Source: an uncultured Candidatus Saccharibacteria bacterium
Lineage (GTDB): Bacteria; Patescibacteriota; WWE3; UBA101185; UBA10185
Length of the DNA: 64,000 nt
Assembly (NCBI GenBank): GCA_964615625.1
Contig: CAZTQT010000004.1
Span: 2,728-66,727 of the forward strand
Direction of reading: 5' to 3'
Below are positions 57,564 to 64,000 of this stretch, in pieces (position 1 is the first letter of the stretch; each line of letters starts with the position of its first letter). Both the position numbers and the translations under genes were made by a program. Under the pieces are notes generated by a model that did no database searches, was not told where the DNA came from, and saw only the letters and a program-made list of their open reading frames with translations.

Positions 57564-58799
57564 ATGGACAGTAAGAAGAAAATAAAATTTTGGTTGTATT
57601 TTTTTATATCTTTAGCCATTTTTGTATTTATGGTGTGTTTCTTATACAAAAAGTCTCTGCTTGAAGAAGAACATGCTAATCTTGATGATGTAACTCTTAA
57701 TTTCACTTTTACACCTGATGAGACCATAGATGAGGAGGAGTTGTGTACTGTAGTTCAAAATATAAGCTATGTTTATTATTCCCATGACAATCCTTTATGG
57801 GAAAAGAACAACAAATTTGGGTTGTACATATATGCAGAAAATAAAGATTTTTTTGAAATAGCTCAAAATCTTGTTAACTCAGGCGGTGGTGAGTGGGGTT
57901 ATGTTTTAATACCTTATGGAGTTAGAGACAGGGACACGGGAAAGTGGGGTAGAGTTTTTGACCAACTTATTAAAAAGAAGCTCATACCTGTTATACAGCT
58001 ATGGGATTTAGATGTTGATAATTACCAAAACGAAACTCGTGAGGCAGCTAAATTTTTAAATAATTTTATATGGCCCATAAAATATAGGTATATCAGTGTT
58101 TATAATGAGCCTAACGATAATAAGTTTTGGAATGGAGATGCCGATCCTGCTGAATATGCAAGAATTTTGGATTACACTATAAGGATTTTTAAAGAAGAAA
58201 ATGCAGACTTTTATATGCTCAACGGTGCTCTTAATGTTAGCGCTGCAGATGACACTAATAATGAAGATGCTTTTGTTTTTATGAAAAAAATGAATGAGGC
58301 GGTACCAGGAATTTTTGATAAATTAGACGGTTGGGCGTCCCATCCCTATCCTCAGCCTAACTTTTCTGGAAAACCAACAGATACAGGTAGATGGAGTATA
58401 AGAGCGTATGAGAATGAGCTTGAATACCTTAAAAATGAACTTGGTGTAAAGAAGAATTTGCCAGTTTTTATAACAGAGACGGGTTGGGCTCACGCCGAGG
58501 GGGAAAAATATAATGGTTCTTATAAACCCGTAGAAACGGTGGCACAGTATTTTAAGACAGCGTATAAAGAAGTTTGGTTAAAAGACGATAGAGTTAGAGC
58601 AGTTATGCCCTTTACCATAAGATACGACCCGCCTTTTGACCACTTTTCTTGGGTAAATAGAGATAAAGTTCCTTATTATCACTATGACGTGGTAAAAAAG
58701 ATGAAAAAAGTAAACGGCGACCCACCGTCTCTTGTAACCGGAGATGTTGAGGTCTATAACTGTTCTAATGACATTATTAAAGAAAATGAAGATAAATAG
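57564..58799 (+). CDS. Membrane-anchored clan GH-A (GH5-like) glycoside hydrolase
   Basis: N-terminal TM. Acid/base motif VYNEPN and nucleophile motif ITETGWA at the expected spacing of a (beta/alpha)8 clan-A hydrolase. Confidence 0.5.
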   Translation: MDSKKKIKFWLYFFISLAIFVFMVCFLYKKSLLEEEHANLDDVTLNFTFTPDETIDEEELCTVVQNISYVYYSHDNPLWEKNNKFGLYIYAENKDFFEIAQNLVNSGGGEWGYVLIPYGVRDRDTGKWGRVFDQLIKKKLIPVIQLWDLDVDNYQNETREAAKFLNNFIWPIKYRYISVYNEPNDNKFWNGDADPAEYARILDYTIRIFKEENADFYMLNGALNVSAADDTNNEDAFVFMKKMNEAVPGIFDKLDGWASHPYPQPNFSGKPTDTGRWSIRAYENELEYLKNELGVKKNLPVFITETGWAHAEGEKYNGSYKPVETVAQYFKTAYKEVWLKDDRVRAVMPFTIRYDPPFDHFSWVNRDKVPYYHYDVVKKMKKVNGDPPSLVTGDVEVYNCSNDIIKENEDK

Positions 58800-60066
58800 C
58801 ACCGTAGACAAGATAGCTAAAAATACTGTGTACCAGATAGTAGGTAAGGTTGTAAGCATGTCTATTACCATGTTGGCCGTTGTTATTATAACTAGAACCT
58901 ACGGTAGGGAGGGTTACGGGTATTTTAGTTTAATGCAATCCTGGCCAGCTTTATTTTTTGTAATTGTAGATTTTGGGATCAATGCTATCGCTGCAAAAGA
59001 TTTAACTAGCGATTGGTCAAAAGCTAATAAATACCTTGGAAATATATTGATAATGAGACTTATTTTCTCAGCTTTTTTGGTTTTTACTATATCTTGGATT
59101 TTAAAGTTTTTCCCATATTCAAGAGATTTAGAGGTTGGTATAAGATTAGGGATGTTTTTGCTTATAACCCAGTCTCTTTACTCAACTACCAACATATTTT
59201 TTCAAGTCAAATTAAGATATGATTTTTCAACAATTGCTTATACTGTTGGGTATTTATTGATTCTTGGGTTGGTAGTTCTTTTTTCACTTTTAAAAATAAA
59301 CATTATGTGGGTTAATTTTTCATATGTTTTGGGTGGTTTAGCTACATTTTTGTTAAGTATGTTTTTTGTTAGAAAAATGGGTGTAAAGCCTGATTTTTCA
59401 TACGATCCTGTTCTTTGGAAATATCTTATTATTGCATCCTTACCCATAGGAATTATGTTTCTTTTTAGTCAGATGAGTTTTAAAGAAGATGCTTTAATGC
59501 TTTCATTTTTGAAATTACCGGAATCATATGGTCTTGATAATACTGAAAGTGTTGCTGTTTACGCCCTTCCGTATAAAGTATTTGAAGTCTTACTTGTTGT
59601 ACCAACATTTTTTATGAACTCAGTATACCCAGTTTTAGTTGAAAGGATGGATAAGGGTAGAGAAGACTTAAAAAATGCTTTTTCTAAAGTTATGTATTTT
59701 TTAACGTTCTCCGGGCTTTTTGTTGGGTTTTTAGGTGTTGTTTTTTCTCCCTTGGCAATAAAAGTCCTTGGTGGAAGTGAGTTTTCTCAATCTATAGATG
59801 TTTTAAGGATTTTATCAGCAGGGCTTTTTATATTTTATCTAACATCTCCCTTTTCATGGTTGATTGTTACTTTAGGTTACCAAAAGTATCTTCCGTGGGT
59901 TTATTTAATTAGTTTCACATTTAATATGGTTTCTAATTTTATTTTTATACCTAAGTATTCTTTTTATGCAGCGTCTTGGGTGACAGTGGTTTCAGAATGT
60001 ATAGTTTTGATTCTACTTGCATTTTTTGCTAAAAAGTCATGGAAGCTTAAATATGGCGCAAATTAG
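58786..60066 (+). CDS. Wzx-type polysaccharide flippase (MOP superfamily)
   Basis: About 12 TM helices with typical N-terminus KNTVYQIVGKVVSMSITMLAVVIITRTYGREGYGYFSL. The start at ATG 58786 overlaps the upstream gene by 14 bp. Confidence 0.7.
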   Translation: MKINSTVDKIAKNTVYQIVGKVVSMSITMLAVVIITRTYGREGYGYFSLMQSWPALFFVIVDFGINAIAAKDLTSDWSKANKYLGNILIMRLIFSAFLVFTISWILKFFPYSRDLEVGIRLGMFLLITQSLYSTTNIFFQVKLRYDFSTIAYTVGYLLILGLVVLFSLLKINIMWVNFSYVLGGLATFLLSMFFVRKMGVKPDFSYDPVLWKYLIIASLPIGIMFLFSQMSFKEDALMLSFLKLPESYGLDNTESVAVYALPYKVFEVLLVVPTFFMNSVYPVLVERMDKGREDLKNAFSKVMYFLTFSGLFVGFLGVVFSPLAIKVLGGSEFSQSIDVLRILSAGLFIFYLTSPFSWLIVTLGYQKYLPWVYLISFTFNMVSNFIFIPKYSFYAASWVTVVSECIVLILLAFFAKKSWKLKYGAN

Positions 60067-61249
60067 TTTTTATATTACTTTACTGCTTGTTATCTTAAAC
60101 CAATTAACTTCTGTCTTTAAAAATTTTGGTTTGAGCATCTATCTGTTTGATATAGCTGTTCTTGTTTTTACTATTTTTTGGCTTGTTTATTTTTTATTAG
60201 TAAAGAAATCTTTTAAATTACCAAAAAAATCTTATCTTTTTATTATTTTCTCTCTTATTGCAGGTACCTCGTTGTTGATAGTTTCTCCTAACTTTAAGCC
60301 AGACGAATTATTAATAAGCGGTTTTTATCTTTTTAGATTTATTATTTACTTATTTTCTGGAATTGTAGTTTTTAACATTATTGAAAATAAAATGATGTCT
60401 AAAGAAAAGGTTTTTCAAGCATTTGTTGTGTCTGGAGTATTACTGGCTTTTTTGGGTTTTATTCAGCTTTTGATTTTACCCGATTTTACAGTTTTAGATC
60501 CAGATCTTGGGTGGGATCCCCATAAAAATCGTTTAGCATCAACATTTTTTGACCCGAACTTTGTTGGTGCCTACTTTGTTTTATGTTTAACTCTATTATT
60601 TGATAAATTTTACTCAGTTAATAAGAAAAATAGTAAATTAGAAACAAAAGACGCCGTTTTTTTCCTTGTTTTGCTAATTGCTCTTGTTTTAACATTTTCT
60701 AGAAGTGCGTGGGGAATGTTTGGGGTAGTAGTACTGGTATATGGGTTGTTCAAATCTAGGATTTTATTGATTAGTGCGTTTTTTGTAGCTTTTTTGGCTT
60801 ATTTTGCCATTCCTAGAGTTCAAACTAGGTTATCTGGTGTTACAGACCCTGCCGACTCTGCAAGTCTTAGATTAGATTCTTGGAGAAACACTGTGAAAAT
60901 AATAAAGGATAATTTTTGGGTTGGTACAGGGTTTAATACTTATAGATATGTTCAAAGAGATTATGGGTTTTTAACACCTGATAGTGAAGATATACACTCA
61001 GGAGCTGGGTCTGACTCTAGTTTACTTTTTGTTTTTGCTACAACTGGGATATTTGGATTTTTAGTTTATTTACTTGGGGTTTTATTTGTATCTTTTGGAG
61101 ACTTTGCCCAGAAAAATAAAAATTGGCTATTGTCCCTAGCTCTTGTTATGGGATTTATTTTGGAATCCCAGTTTATAAACAGCTTATTTTATCCTCAGAT
61201 TATGTTTCTTATGTTTAGTATATTTTTTATTGCCCCTTATAATACTTAA
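60053..61249 (+). CDS. Wzy_C / O-antigen-ligase-like polytopic membrane protein (polymerase, ligase or O-oligosaccharyltransferase)
   Basis: Multi-TM. Signature LTFSRSAWGMFGVVVL plus a large periplasmic loop. The start at ATG 60053 overlaps the flippase by 14 bp. Confidence 0.65.
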   Translation: MAQISFYITLLLVILNQLTSVFKNFGLSIYLFDIAVLVFTIFWLVYFLLVKKSFKLPKKSYLFIIFSLIAGTSLLIVSPNFKPDELLISGFYLFRFIIYLFSGIVVFNIIENKMMSKEKVFQAFVVSGVLLAFLGFIQLLILPDFTVLDPDLGWDPHKNRLASTFFDPNFVGAYFVLCLTLLFDKFYSVNKKNSKLETKDAVFFLVLLIALVLTFSRSAWGMFGVVVLVYGLFKSRILLISAFFVAFLAYFAIPRVQTRLSGVTDPADSASLRLDSWRNTVKIIKDNFWVGTGFNTYRYVQRDYGFLTPDSEDIHSGAGSDSSLLFVFATTGIFGFLVYLLGVLFVSFGDFAQKNKNWLLSLALVMGFILESQFINSLFYPQIMFLMFSIFFIAPYNT

Positions 61250-61958
61250 CATTTACTTTAGTAGCCGATTTATTTCCTGCCTCATCTTGTGCTTCTACTT
61301 TTATCTCAACATCCCCGTTTTCTACTTTAAGATAATAATCAAAAGTTAAGTCAGGTTTTTGTATTGCAGGGTTACCATTTACAGTAATTGTAGCTTTTTC
61401 ATTAATTTTACCTGTTACCTGTATAGTTTTGTTTAGATTTTTAATTGTTTCCCCATCGTCTGGAGATTCAATTTGTATTTTTGGTTCATCCTTGTCTTTT
61501 TTTATTGTTAAAATTCTTGAGCTGTCGCTTTCATTACCACGGTCATCAAATGATTTGGCAAATATAGTATTTGTTCCAGAATTTAATTGAATATCTACAA
61601 AGCTAAACATCCCGTCCGATCCAGTAACGGTTTGCCCTCTTTCTGGCCCATTTACGTATATTTTGACTAATGATCCTGCTAAGGAGTTGCCGGATAAGTT
61701 TATTTTATCTTGGTTTGTTGATTCTGGAGCACCTATAAATACTGGAGGCATTGGTTTTGGTGTTGGTATATATCCAGGATCGTTTCTATGTTTAGATAAA
61801 AAACCAAAGAGATATCCTACTTGAGGAGCAAATACAAAAAGAGACATTATTCCGGCTACAGATATAGCTACTATTATAAGAACCTTCTTTCTCAGGCCCT
61901 CTTTAAGGCTCTTTTCAGAAACTCTTTTTATTGATTGTGTAGATCTAGAATTACTCAT
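61227..61958 (-). CDS. Membrane-anchored protein with bacterial Ig-like (Big) beta-sandwich repeats
   Basis: N-terminal TM, Pro-rich linker, then VKIYVNGPERGQTVTGSDGMFSF ... and TITVNGNPAIQ ... VEAQDEAGNKS, which are Ig-like repeat patterns. Confidence 0.45.
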   Translation of the reverse strand: MSNSRSTQSIKRVSEKSLKEGLRKKVLIIVAISVAGIMSLFVFAPQVGYLFGFLSKHRNDPGYIPTPKPMPPVFIGAPESTNQDKINLSGNSLAGSLVKIYVNGPERGQTVTGSDGMFSFVDIQLNSGTNTIFAKSFDDRGNESDSSRILTIKKDKDEPKIQIESPDDGETIKNLNKTIQVTGKINEKATITVNGNPAIQKPDLTFDYYLKVENGDVEIKVEAQDEAGNKSATKVNVKYYKGQ

Positions 61959-61997
61959 TACGGAAACATAATATCACAACATTAGTGTTGTGTTTTG

Positions 61998-62876
61998 TTA
62001 AATTATTTCTTCTTTAATAAACTTTATAAGATCATCTTTTATATCAGGTCTTTTCATGGCAAATTTTAGTGTTGTTTGAATAAACCTTAAAGGATCTCCT
62101 GTTGTAAGCCATTCCCCGTCTATTGGTTGAGCTATAACTTTTCCCCCTCTTCTAGCAAGATTATCTAACATATCAGCCAACCATAACTCATTTCCTTTCC
62201 CAATGATTCTTTTTTCAGCTTCCACCATAATATCGTATGAAAGTATAAATCTTCCAAACTGAACCATTCTTGAGGGAGCGGCTTCAATAGAGGGTTTTTC
62301 AATTATCCCATTTATTTCATATTTATTTTCACCATCTGTTTTATAAGAAACAACCCCATATCTAGAGACTTCCTTTAGTTCTACCTCTTGTACAGCTATA
62401 ACAGCTTTAGGGTCTTCTTTTTCAAAAACTTTAATCAATTGTTTTGTTACAGGAGTGTCGGCCAGAGTCATATCATCACCAAACATATAAGCAAAATTAT
62501 CACCTTCTTTTATGTATTTTTTTGCTGCAAGAATAGGAGAGCCGTTTCCGTAAGGTAGGTCTTTACCTTGGGAAACAAATCTTATTTTAGCCATTTTTGA
62601 TATATCTTTTATTTTTTCCGCTAAATCTTCCTTTCCCGTGTCTCTAAGATGTCTTTCAAGTTTTCTGTCTCTTGAAAAGTAATTTTTAAAAGCCTTATCA
62701 CCGGGTCTTGTGACTATTATTATTTCTTTAATCCCAGAATCAACCAATTCTTCTACAAGATGTTGTATTATTGGAACATTAAGGATAGGTAATGTTTCTT
62801 TTGGAGTTACTTTTGTTGCAGGGAGAAATCTTGTGCCAAAACCAGCGGCAGCTATTATTGCTTTTTTGATTTTCAT
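61998..62876 (-). CDS. galU: UTP--glucose-1-phosphate uridylyltransferase
   Basis: KAIIAAAGFGTRFLPATKVTPKETLPILNVPIIQHLVEE is the GalU signature. Confidence 0.8.
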   Translation of the reverse strand: MKIKKAIIAAAGFGTRFLPATKVTPKETLPILNVPIIQHLVEELVDSGIKEIIIVTRPGDKAFKNYFSRDRKLERHLRDTGKEDLAEKIKDISKMAKIRFVSQGKDLPYGNGSPILAAKKYIKEGDNFAYMFGDDMTLADTPVTKQLIKVFEKEDPKAVIAVQEVELKEVSRYGVVSYKTDGENKYEINGIIEKPSIEAAPSRMVQFGRFILSYDIMVEAEKRIIGKGNELWLADMLDNLARRGGKVIAQPIDGEWLTTGDPLRFIQTTLKFAMKRPDIKDDLIKFIKEEII

Positions 62877-62931
62877 TGTTCCATTCTACCAAATTAACTT
62901 TAGGTATGTTTGTAAAAATAAAATAAAAAAA

Positions 62932-62964
62932 GTCCGGAGGATCTTGTAGATCTTATCTCCGGAC
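62932..62964. terminator. Intrinsic terminator hairpin (GTCCGGAG ... CTCCGGAC) flanked by an A-run upstream and a T-run downstream; bidirectional
   Basis: aaaaaaaGTCCGGAGgatcttgtagatcttatCTCCGGACttgttttt. Confidence 0.65.
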
Positions 62965-62984
62965 TTGTTTTTGTGGCGTGCCGT

Positions 62985-63212
62985 TTATAATTTTTTTGGC
63001 GTCGCCATAGGTTTGGGTTCCTCCTTCTCGGGCTTTTTAATAAAAGAAACCGTAATCAGTATTATTAACGTAATGAAGAACCCTACTACTATAATGAAGG
63101 AAAACGGGTTTGAATTGGGGTCCGTATCACTTGCTTTTTCAAATACGACGAACGCTTTGAAGATCGCGTAAATTAACAGCCCAATAAAACCTATTTTAAC
63201 TGCTGTTTTCAT
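62985..63212 (-). CDS. Hypothetical small 2-TM membrane protein
   Basis: 75 aa. A strong SD (AAGGAGAG) lies 6 nt upstream of the ATG. The terminator is downstream. Confidence 0.5.
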   Translation of the reverse strand: MKTAVKIGFIGLLIYAIFKAFVVFEKASDTDPNSNPFSFIIVVGFFITLIILITVSFIKKPEKEEPKPMATPKKL

Positions 63213-63400
63213 CTTTCTCTCCTTTGTTTATTTTTTGATTAATTTTACCAATGCTGGCTATTATACCCTATAGTTATAGATTTGTCCAGTTTGGAGGATT
63301 ATAAGTAAAGATATAGTGAAGTAACTAGAGTATTAATACAGTAATTTTATTTTTTTGTTTCTAGAAACGTATTAATATATTTTCACCAATAAATCAGACT

Positions 63401-63589
63401 TTACTTACCTTTTTCTTTCTTAGAATCAAAGATATCTGATATACCTATTACCAAAAAAGTAATTCCTATTGGAAAATATATTCTGCCTTCTGGAGCTAGT
63501 GAGAGAAGAGAGAAAGTAATACCTAGAATTAGAAAAACACTGATAGTTGGTGAAAAAGATTTTTTACTATTTTTTACTTTTTTCTTCAT
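63401..63589 (-). CDS. Hypothetical small 2-TM membrane protein (start trimmed to MKKKVKN)
   Basis: The ORF-track N-terminus MWVRFPPSAP is a translation of the adjacent tRNA 3' fragment and is discounted. No clear SD. Confidence 0.25.
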   Translation of the reverse strand: MKKKVKNSKKSFSPTISVFLILGITFSLLSLAPEGRIYFPIGITFLVIGISDIFDSKKEKGK

Positions 63590-63598
63590 ATTAAAATA

Positions 63599-63631
63599 TG
63601 GAGCCGAAGGTGGGAATCGAACCCACAACCT
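63599..63631 (-). pseudogene. tRNA 3' fragment (variable loop, T arm, acceptor 3' strand, CCA) directly abutting tRNA-Thr
   Basis: Reverse complement: aggtt-GTGGG-ttcgatt-CCCAC-CTTCGGC-t-cca. No D arm or anticodon arm lies upstream. Confidence 0.7.
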
Positions 63632-63654
63632 AGTTTTCTATCTTTTGCCTAACA

Positions 63655-63729
63655 TGGAGCCGGTGGTCAGAATCGAACTGACAACCTAACGCTTACGATG
63701 CGCTTGCTCTACCATTGAGCTACACCGGC
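63655..63729 (-). tRNA. tRNA-Thr (anticodon CGT)
   Basis: Reverse complement: GCCGGTG-ta-GCTC-aatggta-GAGC-a-AGCGC-atCGTaa-GCGTT-aggtt-GTCAG-ttcgatt-CTGAC-CACCGGC-t-CCA. This is a clean cloverleaf with U33 and A37. Confidence 0.85.
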
Positions 63730-63834
63730 AAAAGATACTAGCTCCAGCGTCCGATACACTTGCTCTACAATTGATGCTATAGTGCGAAAGCACTATGGCT
63801 CAATCGCAAGGTACTTGACAAGCTACTGCGAGTC

Positions 63835-63864
63835 AAGACCTCCTTACCATTGAGCCACTTCGGC
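63835..63864 (-). pseudogene. tRNA 5' fragment (acceptor 5' strand plus D arm) whose acceptor strand GCCGAAG is exactly complementary to the 3' fragment at 63599-63631
   Basis: Reverse complement: GCCGAAG-tg-GCTC-aatggtaa-GGAG... It is followed by sequence that does not fold into an anticodon or T arm. Confidence 0.6.
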
Positions 63865-64000
63865 AAATAACATAAATTAAATTTTCAATTGTTAACTAAA
63901 TAAAGACTTCAAATAATCGGTATTATTCAGGCTCAATCGCAAAGTTTACCCCCCCCCACTGACCGTTCTTAAACACGAGAATTGATTATATTTTACAGAC

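Noticed and set aside
62965-63171. A plus-strand 68-aa ORF overlapping the minus-strand small membrane protein
   Set aside because: The minus-strand ORF has a strong Shine-Dalgarno, two clean TM helices and a downstream terminator. The plus-strand ORF has none of these.
63401-63628. The N-terminus MWVRFPPSAPYFNM of the minus-strand ORF
   Set aside because: WVRFPP is the stereotyped translation of a tRNA T arm and acceptor. The ORF start overlaps the tRNA 3' fragment, so the start was trimmed to the internal Met. Even that ORF is low confidence.
63599-63864. tmRNA (ssrA), suggested by tRNA-like 5' and 3' ends that pair with each other
   Set aside because: An intact tRNA-Thr lies between the halves. 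No tag-peptide ORF or resume-codon context is recognisable. The length (266 nt) is too short.

Overview
This is an AT-rich (about one-third GC by eye), densely coding bacterial chromosomal segment. The gene content is mostly housekeeping, with a small, streamlined repertoire. It has the flavour of an uncultivated peptidoglycan-containing lineage, possibly CPR/Patescibacteria-like, but that is inference only. From 5' to 3' the window contains: (1) a cell-surface glycan assembly locus (about 1-12.2 kb). It holds five glycosyltransferases, a Wzx flippase, an unusual 950-aa Wzy_C (O-antigen-ligase-like) fused to a PMT/ArnT-like GT-C, a PglC-like priming phosphoglycosyltransferase and a large membrane-anchored extracytoplasmic protein. 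(2) recO, glyQS. (3) The first half of a dcw cluster, mraZ-rsmH-ftsL-ftsI, with a recognisable MraZ operator and promoter. It is followed by yraN, an orphan receiver plus histidine kinase pair, ppsA and eno. (4) A DedA-histidine-phosphatase fusion. (5) An unusually compact SOS/NER neighbourhood: lexA divergent from uvrB with a palindromic candidate operator, a class A PBP, uvrA, a secreted transglutaminase-like protein, and a short uvrC. (6) secG-murA-mraY-ftsW-murG-ftsQ-ftsA-ftsZ. (7) The B12-dependent class II RNR nrdJ, followed by a PduO-type cobalamin adenosyltransferase. (8) ileS, a LytR_C membrane protein, rplU and rpmA (both with Lys/Glu-rich tails), and lepB. (9) tRNA-Val(CAC), immediately followed by a tandem duplication of its 3' end, unusual GC-rich hairpins, and an 8-9 kb block of surface-glycan genes (methyltransferase, GH18-like, GH5-like, Wzx, Wzy_C, Ig-like protein, galU). 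This block ends at a tRNA-Thr(CGT) that sits between the two halves of a disrupted paralogous tRNA. No CRISPR array, transposase or integrase gene is visible in the window. The most noteworthy items are the Wzy_C-PMT fusion and its glycosylation locus, the tRNA-bounded glycan island with att-like repeats and GC hairpins, the DedA-phosphatase fusion beside eno, and the fragmented tRNA locus at the 3' edge.
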